DNA of 64,000 bases, taken from the NCBI GenBank assembly GCA_037442745.1, contig JBBIPP010000005.1:24741-88740 (forward strand). The letters run 5' to 3'. This stretch comes from an archaeon. Lineage in GTDB: Archaea > SpSt-1190 > DYHY01. Every line of letters begins with the position of its first letter. Position 1 is the first letter of the stretch. Under the pieces are notes generated by a model. It worked only from the letters and a program-made list of their open reading frames with translations. It ran no database searches and had not been told where the DNA came from. This document shows positions 20,091 through 29,339 of the stretch, piece by piece. Position numbers and translations under genes: made by a program.

Positions 20091-20300
20091 ATGGTCTCTT
20101 CAAAAGGCAGGAAGGGCTTCGAAGGGGTTTTCTTCTCAAAGCTCCTGATAGGTATTGCGATAGGCATAGGAATACTTGTTTTCGCAAAGCAGGGAATTGG
20201 TCTCTGGACTGTAGCGCTCGTTGCCCTGATTTTCCTCTTCTACATGGGCTTTTCCGACCCCAGAGGCGACTATCCCCAGAACAAGTACAAAGTAAGGTAG
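20091..20300 (+). CDS. small membrane protein (hypothetical)
   Basis: Two hydrophobic helices (LLIGIAIGIGILVFA, LWTVALVALIFLFYMGF). Confidence 0.3.
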   Translation: MVSSKGRKGFEGVFFSKLLIGIAIGIGILVFAKQGIGLWTVALVALIFLFYMGFSDPRGDYPQNKYKVR

Positions 20301-20484
20301 AAAGAGGCGCACTTTTCTTGGAAAATGGAAAGCCTTCAAGAAACACCTGTCCGGGATTCAAGTTGAGTAGGCGCACTGGGGAAGCGGAAAGAGAAAGGCA
20401 ATTCTCTCGAAAACCGATGCAGTTTCAACAGCACTGCATGCGCTGACAAAGGGCTTTCTTTCGGGCGGAAGCGAATTTTCCTAG

Positions 20485-20640
20485 CATTCCAATGAGAAAA
20501 TTGACAAGTTCTTCCTTGTTCTTCTTGGAAATGGACAAGTTAAGTTTGAAGAGGAGCTCTCTTTTGACTATTTGGAGGGCGACCTAATATATGTTCCTGC
20601 AGGCGAAAGGCACAGAATATTTGCGAAGACAGATAGTTAG
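20485..20640 (+). pseudogene. cupin-domain C-terminal fragment (no start codon)
   Basis: ..LVLLGNGQVKFEEELSFDYLEGDLIYVPAGERHRIF.. matches cupin motif 2; begins directly after an in-frame TAG with no N-terminal half. Confidence 0.3.
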
Positions 20641-20718
20641 TTCTTTTTCGTGAGGCTTGACGGCTGAATTTTCCCGACTGAAAAATCTTTTAAACCTCGG
20701 AAACCACCGATTCCTCGA

Positions 20719-20793
20719 GCTCCTGTCGTCTAGTCCGGCCAAGGATTCGGGCCTTTCGAGCCTGAGACCCGGGTTCAAATCCCGGCGGGAGCA
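20719..20793 (+). tRNA. tRNA-Glu (anticodon TTC)
   Basis: GCTCCTG/CGGGAGC acceptor, D-arm TAGTCCGGCCAAGGA, anticodon loop CTTTCGA, T-arm CCGGG-TTCAAAT-CCCGG. Confidence 0.85.
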
Positions 20794-21288
20794 CTCAAAT
20801 TCCAAGAACTTGTTTTAATTTGGAATTTGAGCACTTTGCTCGTACCTCGCTCGGAACCAGTAATTATCCTCCTGACATTGCCGAATTCAAATTAAGTATT
20901 GGCTCAGCCGGCAACTGAGCTTTGGCGAGGTCTGAAGCCTCGGCAGAAAGTCGCGGATTGTCTGCGGACAAGAGCGCCCCACGCATTTTTTAGGGATTGA
21001 CTGCAAAGACCGAACTACAGCGGCATAAATACCGCGGATTCTCCTGCCCTTTGGCGGGATCCGTGCGCATCCACAGGAAAATCTTGAGCGCGCATATCTC
21101 CGACCTTGAAAGCGTGTAGTTTTGCGCGCGAAAGAATAAATTGCGTTCTGACAGGATTTTGACCGGAAAAGGGGTGAATTTTCCAGACAATTTTCCGCAT
21201 CCAGACCCTTCGGGCGGAGGGAGTTTCTTGGTGGTTTTTCAATAACTTTCGGAAAAATTGATTTAAATGTCGTGAGCAATCCCGGGGA

Positions 21289-21844
21289 ATGAAGAACGGA
21301 GGAATTTTCGCTCTTGTTTTCGGAGCAATGATGAACTTTCTCTTCTTCCTTGTCATCCACAAGAACGCAAGCTACCAGTATCTCATGAGTTCAGATATTC
21401 TCGTTTTCTTCGTAATGATGAAGCTCTCGTTCGGGGGCTTTGCGCTTGGGCTCCTTTTGAGAAGGTTCCTTGCGAAAAGGGACAAGTATTTCCCGGGCAA
21501 GGGCGAAACCCTCGGAATTCTCGCATACCTGAGCCTGGGAATATTCCTCGTGCTAAACATCTTAGGAACGCCTTCGCCTTGGAGGAGGCGTTTTCGTTTA
21601 TGTTGTGTCGTTCATGTGCGCTTTCGTTCCTTCAGTTTTCTGGGGGATTCTCTACTCCCTGCTAATTAAATCCGAAAAGGGAGCGAGCAGGATTCTCATC
21701 GCGCTTCTTTTCGGCTCAGTCATTGCCCTGATTATCTACAACTATTTCCTTGTATACCTTCCTTTCGTCGCAATATACTCGGCATTTTTCCTCGTCTTGC
21801 TTCTTGCGGAGTTTTGGGAAAGCCGGAGTCTGCGTTTCGTCTAG
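21289..21844 (+). pseudogene. hypothetical polytopic membrane protein with apparent frameshift near 21620
   Basis: Two consecutive hydrophobic ORFs in different frames (21289..21669 and 21605..21844). Confidence 0.3.
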
Positions 21845-22401
21845 GCCCTTCCAGCACTTTCATTCGTTTTCTTGCTCGCCCAAAGCGCGCTTCTTTCCGG
21901 GGAATATGACCTTCCGCAGAGGTATGGTGGAGTGGAACGCCTGAACCGCTCTTTTTTCGGTCAATATGGTATTCTGGACATTGTTGTTTTTGATAACGCG
22001 CCGGGCTATCACATGTTTTCTGACAAAATTAGCCCCTCGCCAATTGCCGTCAAGGGAGATGTTGAGAATGTCCAAATCTAGGCGATTGTTCCGTATTTTG
22101 TCAGGGAATATGAAAAGTCCCTGATAATAGGTGCTGGCAGAGGCCAAGACATTTGCAATGTTTCCCCAAAGGAGGATTGATGTTGCTAATTTTTTCTTTG
22201 CCAGCAGGCGGGAGAGTCTTTCTGCCCAATTGACCGGCTTCTCTTTCAGGAAGTTGAGCTGGACTGGCGTTATTTAGAGGAAAGCGACTTGCCTTGCGGC
22301 GAAGAATGCGGAGAAGAGAATGAAAAAAGAGTAAAATGAGCGCCTCACCAAGGGAAAGAAGCATGACAATTTCGGATGGTTTTTGCCCGGGGTTAAGGAG
22401 A

Positions 22402-24585
22402 TTATCGCTTTCCAACTCCAAAAAGGCTCTTGAAGAAATTTGCAAGGAAATCGAGCAACTTGGAGATTATTGGTATTGAGGTTCCTTTGCTTTCTTCTGG
22501 GAGTTTCGGAAGGGGGGTTGTTCCGTTCACGACTAGGATCTCCTCAGTTGGACTTTCTGATTCCACAAGAGCTCCTCCGGAAATCAGTTCCCTTATTTGC
22601 TCAGTTATTGTGTCATCCCCAGTTGAGGAGACTATTTCTGATAAGGGGGCAGTTCTTCCGGAACCTCCAAATCCTCCGGAACCTCCAAATCCTCCGGACG
22701 ACGATGAGGGGAAAGAGGGGGGAAAGGAGGAAGAGGAGGAAGAGGAGGAAGTCTCCAGAATCTGGTCGTGTATTTCCTCCGGTAGAACCTCTTCGGGAAT
22801 TGCGTCTGAGGACGAGTTGTCAGGATATGTAGCGTTCTCGGGAATTTCAAAGAAAGTGAATTTCAAGTCAGGCTCAATTAAGCTTCCTAGTTCAAAGGAG
22901 AATCTGTCATTTTCCAAGGAAGAATTTTCCGGCTCCGTCACGTTCGATGCTAACTCGAATATGTTCTTCGGGAGGACAATATCCCCAACCTCAAAGAAGA
23001 ACTTGCCATCCGAAGGAGTGGAAGAGTTCCAGAGTATCTTGTTCCGGGTGAGGGCCGCCTTCGTAAAGGGCATTACATATGGAGTAATATTTACGCTCCA
23101 CTTGTGAGTCAGGGAATCCGAATCATATACATGGAGAGCTTTGCCCACATTTACCGGATAGGCAATTCCCGCCGCATCAAGGACATAGAGCTCCTTCCCG
23201 TCCGCCGATACCGAGATGCTTTGCGCAATTCTCCCTGAAGGTATCTGGGAGAGTCTTGCAAATTTTTCGGTTGTTATCAACTCATTTTCAGGGAGGGAGA
23301 AATCGGTTGTTGAGGGATGTGTCGATTTCAGGCCGCCCGCTCGGTATATCACCTTACCCAAAGTGCCCATATTGACATTCACTCCGACGCCGTAGAGGTT
23401 CCTGCTCGGATGAGTCTCAATGTCGACTAGAAACGCTTCAGCCGGCCAAGCTTGCCTGTCTAAGCCCCCCGCATACTTTAGGTAAATTATATTGTCAGTC
23501 GTCATTTTAGAGAAATATATTTTTCCGTGTTCTTCGGAAATTGAGGAGATTGCTCCGGAAGTATATTGCCCAAGATTGTGGCGGTAAAGAATTGTTGAAA
23601 GCCAGTTTGCCTCATATATATATCCGGGGCTCGGGGAGACTCCAATGAATGCCCTCAAGCCATCTGGGGAGAATGCGATTGAGGAAACTGAGATGTTTTT
23701 GTGCGCTCCGAGGAAGGAAACATAGTTGGTTGGAGATAGTGAACCTCTCCAGAAAATATGGATGAATCCCTTCCCAGACGGTAAGTGCTCGCCCGAAACA
23801 TATATTGTCCCCATTGGGTCAACATAGAGGTTCTCCGCCCAGAAACTATATGAAAAGGAATAGGAAGAGAGGATTGCAAGGTTTGAGGAATTTACCCTGA
23901 AAAGCTTGCTGACAGGTATCCCTGCAAAGGGCCTTCTCACACCCAATACATAGAGAACCTCGTCAGTCGGGTTGAGGGCGACATCTAGTGGCGTGAAATT
24001 CAGGGAGAGGTTCGCTATCTGCTTCCTCAAATCTCTGTCAATTACCGCAACCCCTTTTCCCGCAGCAACAAATGCGAGGGATTTCTTCGAAAAAGATTCA
24101 ATTACAGAATCAGAGAAGCCGAATTCCTCTTCAGAAACCGCTAGGCCCGGAAGAGTCAATCCGTCCGTGGAAAGGTTTTCCGAGCCGTTTGAGGCGGGAA
24201 CGGATGTTGCAGTCGGGTTCGATTGGATTGGCGTGACTATTTTGACGGAGGTTGTTGTCAGGTTCTTTGCGGAAGTTGTCGTAATTGGATTGAGCGAAGT
24301 TGTCAGAAGAGGAATTGTTGTAAGAGTTTTTATCGAGGTTGTTGCGACAGGTATTGTCGAGAACGTCTTTATTGAAGTTGTCGTAATCAAAGGGATTGTC
24401 GAGAGCGCCTTGATGGAGGTTGTCGCAAATGTGGTTGTTGTTGTGTTGTTAACAATTGGAATCGGACTGGGAGAAACAACCCTTATTGTGGAAAGAGTCA
24501 ATGCGAAAGATGGCAGGAGAATGAGAGAAAAGAAAATTGCCAATAGGGAGAGCTTTCCGAGGAAATTTTCGAACTTGTTTGCCAT
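22402..24585 (-). CDS. secreted/surface protein with Thr-rich tandem repeats and Ser/Gly-rich linker
   Basis: Signal peptide LSLLAIFFSLILLPSFALT; repeats TTSIK(A/T)(L/F)STIP; poly-Ser and FGGSGGFGGSG tract; 727 aa. Confidence 0.6.
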   Translation of the reverse strand: MANKFENFLGKLSLLAIFFSLILLPSFALTLSTIRVVSPSPIPIVNNTTTTTFATTSIKALSTIPLITTTSIKTFSTIPVATTSIKTLTTIPLLTTSLNPITTTSAKNLTTTSVKIVTPIQSNPTATSVPASNGSENLSTDGLTLPGLAVSEEEFGFSDSVIESFSKKSLAFVAAGKGVAVIDRDLRKQIANLSLNFTPLDVALNPTDEVLYVLGVRRPFAGIPVSKLFRVNSSNLAILSSYSFSYSFWAENLYVDPMGTIYVSGEHLPSGKGFIHIFWRGSLSPTNYVSFLGAHKNISVSSIAFSPDGLRAFIGVSPSPGYIYEANWLSTILYRHNLGQYTSGAISSISEEHGKIYFSKMTTDNIIYLKYAGGLDRQAWPAEAFLVDIETHPSRNLYGVGVNVNMGTLGKVIYRAGGLKSTHPSTTDFSLPENELITTEKFARLSQIPSGRIAQSISVSADGKELYVLDAAGIAYPVNVGKALHVYDSDSLTHKWSVNITPYVMPFTKAALTRNKILWNSSTPSDGKFFFEVGDIVLPKNIFELASNVTEPENSSLENDRFSFELGSLIEPDLKFTFFEIPENATYPDNSSSDAIPEEVLPEEIHDQILETSSSSSSSSFPPSFPSSSSGGFGGSGGFGGSGRTAPLSEIVSSTGDDTITEQIRELISGGALVESESPTEEILVVNGTTPLPKLPEESKGTSIPIISKLLDFLANFFKSLFGVGKR
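22660..22760. repeat. short tandem DNA repeats inside a CDS (GGAACCTCCAAATCCTCC x2; GAGGAA/GAGGAG run)
   Basis: Direct repeats visible at 22661-22700 and 22715-22760; they encode the Gly/Ser low-complexity tract of the surface protein. Confidence 0.6.
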
Positions 24586-25049
24586 CTTTTCTATGGAGGG
24601 AGAGAAGGGTTTAAAAATCTTGATAATCGTATTTTTTACAGGTTTTTCGGGCAGAGAGGAATTTTAGAGCCTCATAAACTAGCTTGCCAAAGGAGGCTTT
24701 TCAAGAAAAGGACAATTGCGCTCAAGAAGCCAGTTGCCTGGGGAAGTAGTAGAAAATGGAGCCAACAAGCCAGATTCAATACGCCAATCAGCATCCGCCT
24801 TAGGAAGGTTTCTTCCGGCTCTTACAGAAAAATTCGCATGAGAAGTTCCAATTGGTTTTCTTGGAAAGTTTCTTGGCTTCAACTTTCTCTGACATTTGTA
24901 AAAATTGGCTGGCCGGGCATTAAACAATTTTTCTCCCCGAATTGCCTGCGAGTTAAGTCCTCTTGTTTTTCGGGCGGCCGGAGGGGGGCGCAAATCCCTT
25001 TGAATATCTTTGGCAAGAAATAAAAGCCCGCCCCACTATTATTGGAAAA

Positions 25050-25493
25050 ATGGCTGAAACTCTCTCAAATTTCATTGTCCTTGCAAAGAAGAACACATAC
25101 TCCAAGTCTGCGAAGGAAAAAATGAATCCGGACGGCTCGAGGGATTTCTTTTTCAAAAAAGGGAACCTCTCCTGTTCGGACAAATACTACGGAACCCGCT
25201 CGTTCTCCTGTCAGGAAACATTCTTCTCAGGAAAAACCCTGCTCTGGTCAATCGTCTATACAGGAAGGTCCCTTGTTTCTGGGAGCGAGGAGAAAATGTT
25301 GGAGGAGTTCCTGAAAAAGTTCCTCTCAAGAGTCGAAAGGGACTCTCAATTCCGAGGCCAATTGAGTTTCAGAATTGGGAAGTTCTCATATGAGAACACT
25401 TTTTTCGGAAGCCTCTCAATGTTCTCTGGCTCAGGCAATGAAATCCTGTGGGGAAGTAGTTCTAGTTCTCTCCTATTCCGGGGGGGCTGTTGA
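25050..25493 (+). CDS. hypothetical protein
   Basis: ATG at 25050 (MAETLSNFIVLAKK..); no family recognised. Confidence 0.3.
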   Translation: MAETLSNFIVLAKKNTYSKSAKEKMNPDGSRDFFFKKGNLSCSDKYYGTRSFSCQETFFSGKTLLWSIVYTGRSLVSGSEEKMLEEFLKKFLSRVERDSQFRGQLSFRIGKFSYENTFFGSLSMFSGSGNEILWGSSSSSLLFRGGC

Positions 25494-26324
25494 ATGACAC
25501 GCTCAAAGGGAACTGTCGCGATAATAGGTTCGGGAGCTGTCGGCTCCTCAACGGCTTTTGCCCTCATTCTCCGGGAATCCTGCGAAAGAATAATTCTCTA
25601 TGACGCTTTCCCGAAAATTTCCCGGGGGAAATTTCTTGACCTCTCTCCGGCAACATGGGCTTTTGGAAAGAAAGTCGAGGTTGGGTTCTCTGAAAATTTC
25701 CCGGATAAGGCGGACATTTTCGTGATAACTGCGGGCCTTCCAAGAAAAGCGGGAATGACAAGAAAAGACCTCCTTGGGGAAAACGAGGGAATAGTCCTCC
25801 CAATCCTTGAGAAATTGAAGAACTCCGGGGCAATTGTTCTGCTTGTGACAAACCCGGTCGACCTCCTTGTTAAAGCGGGCGTTGAGAAAGTCGGCTTTCC
25901 GGAAAAACTGCTTGTTGGCATTTCCTCCCTCCTTGATTCAGTTCGGCTTTCAGACACTCTTGGGAAAGGGGCGGTTGTTCTCGGGCCCCATAACGAGAAA
26001 TTGGTTGCTCTTGGCGCAGGGGAAGGGGACGAATCTGCAGTCAGGTGGAGAGGCGCGGAAATAATCTCTCTCCTCTCGTCAAGCGCGCAGTATTCTCCCG
26101 GTGCGGTTATTGCGAAAACTGTTGAACTGGTTCTTTCCGGAAACCAGGAGAAAGAAATTATTCCCTGCTCCGTCTATCTTCGGGACTGGAACGGCTTTTC
26201 AAAAATCGCTTTCGGAGTTCCGGTTCTTCTCGGGAAGGGGGGAATTGAGGGGTTCCCGGAAATCGAATTTACTGGTCCCGAGATTGAAAAATTGATGGAG
26301 GGCGCGCGCTCCCTTGAAGGCTGA
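25494..26324 (+). CDS. mdh: malate/L-lactate dehydrogenase (LDH-like MDH)
   Basis: Rossmann GSGAVGSS, ITAGLPRKAGMTRKDLL substrate/catalytic loop, NPVD motif. Confidence 0.85.
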   Translation: MTRSKGTVAIIGSGAVGSSTAFALILRESCERIILYDAFPKISRGKFLDLSPATWAFGKKVEVGFSENFPDKADIFVITAGLPRKAGMTRKDLLGENEGIVLPILEKLKNSGAIVLLVTNPVDLLVKAGVEKVGFPEKLLVGISSLLDSVRLSDTLGKGAVVLGPHNEKLVALGAGEGDESAVRWRGAEIISLLSSSAQYSPGAVIAKTVELVLSGNQEKEIIPCSVYLRDWNGFSKIAFGVPVLLGKGGIEGFPEIEFTGPEIEKLMEGARSLEG

Positions 26325-27021
26325 CTCTCTGCGTTTCCTTCGCCAAGAGAAACTGATTTCTCGGAAATCCCTCTTGGAAAAAACAATTGCGATAATCGGC
26401 CTCGGCGGCCTCGGATGCCCTTCCGCGGAATATCTAGGAGCGGCAGGCGTCGGAAAAATTTTCCTTGTTGACAGGGACGTTATTGAACTGTCGAACCTGA
26501 ACCGCCAGTTCCTCTATTCGGAAAAGAGCGTTTCAAGGGAAAAGGCGTTTGTTGCAAAAGAGACTCTTTCAGAAAAATATCCGGATACTGAATTCGTTTC
26601 AGTCGTCGGTTCGGTAAAGGCTCTTTCGGAATTCTCCCTGTCAGTTGTCCTCGACTGCACGGACACTCTTGAGAGCAGACGGGAGATAAATTCATTTTTC
26701 ACTCGGAAAAAAATTCCGGTTGTCTACGGTTCGGCCCTCGGGTGGACGGGAGCAGTCTCCTCTTTAGTTCCGGGCGGATTCTGCCTAGAGTGCTTCCTTC
26801 ACGGAAAGGGAAAGAACTGGGCCTGTGAAACTTCTGGGATTGTCGGGCCTGTTGCCGGAGCAATCGGGTGCATGCAAGCAATGGATGCGCTGAAAATTCT
26901 TTCCGGAAAAATGAAAAAGCCCGAGGGAATCAGGTATTTCGATTTCCTCTCCGGGGAAAACTGGCTTGTTCCTGTGAGAAAAAGGAAGGATTGTCCTGTT
27001 TGCCCAAAAAATGGCAAATAG
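26314..27021 (+). CDS. ThiF/MoeB-family E1-like enzyme (UbaA-like)
   Basis: IIGLGGLGCPSAEYLGAAGVGKIFLVDRDVIELSNLNRQ nucleotide-binding motif; C-terminal CxxC..CPVCP zinc site; TTG start. Confidence 0.8.
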   Translation: MKADSLRFLRQEKLISRKSLLEKTIAIIGLGGLGCPSAEYLGAAGVGKIFLVDRDVIELSNLNRQFLYSEKSVSREKAFVAKETLSEKYPDTEFVSVVGSVKALSEFSLSVVLDCTDTLESRREINSFFTRKKIPVVYGSALGWTGAVSSLVPGGFCLECFLHGKGKNWACETSGIVGPVAGAIGCMQAMDALKILSGKMKKPEGIRYFDFLSGENWLVPVRKRKDCPVCPKNGK

Positions 27022-27062
27022 AAAGAAACAAGCCTTATATTCAAAAACAACTCAATAACTAT

Positions 27063-27527
27063 ATGGCTATTCGCAAAGGCGATTTCCTACTAAAAGATGG
27101 GCGTAGGGCCCATTTAGAAGAGTGGAACTATGACGACCTCGCCGAGTTTGTCACGAGAAAAAGCCATCCCTTAGAAGAGCGTCCCGGAAAGACTGTGATA
27201 AAGGGATTCTCCTACTTGCGTCCATCTCTTGCGGACGATTTGAGGGAAACTGACAAAACTAATCCGTATTCTTCCGAGAAAAATCTTTCCGAAATGGAAA
27301 CGCAGCCAGACAATTCATGTCCCAATGAGTCATACCATCGAGCAATTGTGGCAAAGGACTCCGAGACGGGCGCAGTAATGGGAGCGACCCTCCTTGTGTG
27401 GAAGAAGGACGACAGGAATTTTTGGAGATACCGGGCGAGGTTCGTCGACGTTCACTCTGATTACAAGAACAATGGCGTGGGCACGGCTCTCGTGCAAGCA
27501 ATCGACGGAGCGGATTTTCTTAAATGA
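27063..27527 (+). CDS. GNAT-like acetyltransferase (putative)
   Basis: C-terminal NNGVGTALV resembles the acetyl-CoA binding Q/RxxGxG/A motif; weak. Confidence 0.35.
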   Translation: MAIRKGDFLLKDGRRAHLEEWNYDDLAEFVTRKSHPLEERPGKTVIKGFSYLRPSLADDLRETDKTNPYSSEKNLSEMETQPDNSCPNESYHRAIVAKDSETGAVMGATLLVWKKDDRNFWRYRARFVDVHSDYKNNGVGTALVQAIDGADFLK

Positions 27528-27852
27528 AAAATACTCGAAGCCACTTTTTTCACGGAGGAAGGCCATGAACATCTCAAAAGCGTGATGGAAAGGGAACTAA
27601 AAGCTGAAAATTACGCGCTGGTTTTTGAGGGGCTTGGTCTGAAAGAAACCCCTAAAAAGCCGGGAAAGTATGGAAAATTTTAATGTTGCTTCGAGGTTTC
27701 GACAAAAAATGAAAGTGGTTGCGCGCTTCAGCAGGGGGCTGAGCCGAAGGCGAAGTCGCCGGAAAACTGATGTAATATGAGAGCAATTGTAATTTTTTCC
27801 GGATGCCGAAGCGACCGAGGGGAGCGGAGGTCCCCTGAAAACCGGATGTAGA

Positions 27853-28530
27853 ATGAATGTAGTTGTTTTGTTTTCAGGGGGAAAGGATTCAACCTACTCA
27901 ATCTGGTGGGCAATCAATCAGGGTTTTGAAGTTGTCTCCCTTCTCTCGGCAATTCCGTCTGAAGAGAGCATGATGTTTCACCATCCGAACGCCCTTCTCA
28001 CCGAGAAATTGGCGGAGTGTATTTCAATTCCTTGGAAGGGTTTTTCCTCGGGAGTCGGGGAGAGAGAGGAGCTCAGGAACTTGGAAAAGGCTCTTTCCGA
28101 ATTCAGGGGAAAAGCAGAAGCTGTTGTCTCCGGAGCCATTGCGTCAGACTATCAGAAGAACCGGATTGACAGGATTTCGGAAAAGCTCGGGCTGATTTCT
28201 TATTCCCCCCTTTGGCACAAGAATCAGGAGAGTTTGGTGAGGGAAATCATCTCGGCGGGTTTCGATGTCCGAGTTGCGGGGGTCTTTGCCGAAGGTTTGG
28301 GTGAGAAGTGGCTTGGACGGAAAATAGATTCGGACGCAATTGACGAGCTAGTCTCCCTTGAGAAAAAGTTCGGGGTGTCCGTCGCTGGGGAGGGAGGGGA
28401 ATGGGAATCCATTGTTGTTAATTGCCCGATTTTCGAAAAAAGGCTCGAGATTCTTTCGGCGGAAAATGTCTGGGAAGGGAATTCCGGAAAATATATTGTA
28501 AAAAGCTGGAAAATTTCGGGAAAATCCTAG
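27853..28530 (+). CDS. dph6: diphthine-ammonia ligase (diphthamide synthetase, PP-loop ATPase)
   Basis: N-terminal VVLFSGGKDS PP-loop; MJ0570-family length and conservation. Confidence 0.8.
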   Translation: MNVVVLFSGGKDSTYSIWWAINQGFEVVSLLSAIPSEESMMFHHPNALLTEKLAECISIPWKGFSSGVGEREELRNLEKALSEFRGKAEAVVSGAIASDYQKNRIDRISEKLGLISYSPLWHKNQESLVREIISAGFDVRVAGVFAEGLGEKWLGRKIDSDAIDELVSLEKKFGVSVAGEGGEWESIVVNCPIFEKRLEILSAENVWEGNSGKYIVKSWKISGKS

Positions 28531-29339
28531 AAATTGGAAATGAAAAGCTCGCTTCCCAAAGGCGCGTTCCCCTTCCAGGCGTTGTTCATCCCGTATTGGA
28601 GGGACCATTCCTCGATTTTTCCAAAAGAAAACAGTTCCCTTATTTCTGGGGAGTTGTCATATGTTACTAGCCATTTGTGGGGGCAACGTTTCACCAGTCC
28701 CGCGAGTTTCCAATGGTCAAAGTCGGTGTGCAAAATCCCCCGCTTTCCGTAGAGCTTCGATTTCGTCCTTGAAAGATAGGGCGGGTCGAGGAAAATGAAA
28801 ACCCCTGTTCCCCTTTCGGAGAGAATGTAGGAATAGTCGGAGTTCGTTATCCGGACATTTTGAAGTGGCTTTTCAAGAGAGCGCACCCTCGAGATTGCTG
28901 ACTGGGTGAATCTCCCCTCGAAAGCTTTCCTTGAGAAACCCCCTGCTTCCGTTGTCCCGGAGAAGCTTATCCTGTTGAGAATGAAGAAGCGGACAGCCCG
29001 CTCCAGTTCGTCTGATGGGGATTTTTTCGAAAGTTTCAGGAAAAGCTCCTTTCCGTTTCCGGCATCGGTCTTTTCCCTGGAAATTGCCTCAACCAAGTCC
29101 CCATTCCTCTCCTTTGCAGTCTTCCAGAACGAAACCAGCCCAAGATTGATGTCATTTATCCAGTATTTCCTTCCGGGGAATTTCTCTAGGCAATACAGGA
29201 AAACCGAGCCTCCGCCGACCATTGGCTCCCGGTATTCCGAGAAATCTTCCGGAATCTTCGGTATTATTCTCCTTGCCGCCCGGTACTTTCCTCCCGGATA
29301 CCGGAGAGGGCTCCGAAGAGTCCGCCAATAGGGAATCAT
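28527..29339 (-). CDS. dam: DNA adenine methyltransferase (Dam family, N6-adenine)
   Basis: YPGGK SAM-binding motif near the N-terminus and DPPY catalytic motif; ATG overlaps the upstream stop (ATGA). Confidence 0.8.
   Translation of the reverse strand: MIPYWRTLRSPLRYPGGKYRAARRIIPKIPEDFSEYREPMVGGGSVFLYCLEKFPGRKYWINDINLGLVSFWKTAKERNGDLVEAISREKTDAGNGKELFLKLSKKSPSDELERAVRFFILNRISFSGTTEAGGFSRKAFEGRFTQSAISRVRSLEKPLQNVRITNSDYSYILSERGTGVFIFLDPPYLSRTKSKLYGKRGILHTDFDHWKLAGLVKRCPHKWLVTYDNSPEIRELFSFGKIEEWSLQYGMNNAWKGNAPLGSELFISNF

Noticed and set aside
20900-21110. Possible RNase P RNA: a GAAAGTC-like element and an AGGGCAGG-like element
   Set aside because: The two motif-like strings lie on opposite strands and with the wrong spacing, and no CR-IV/CR-V elements were seen. 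Kept only as an unspecific structured-RNA candidate.
22660-22760. Short tandem repeats that could be mistaken for a CRISPR array
   Set aside because: Units are 18 nt and 6 nt, lie inside a CDS, encode a Gly/Ser tract and lack spacers.
27721-27850. C/D-box sRNA-like elements (TGATGT ... CTGA) in the spacer upstream of dph6
   Set aside because: The boxes are imperfect, no D-prime/C-prime pair was found and spacing is atypical (~70 nt). A partial internal repeat is present, but evidence is too weak to call an sRNA.
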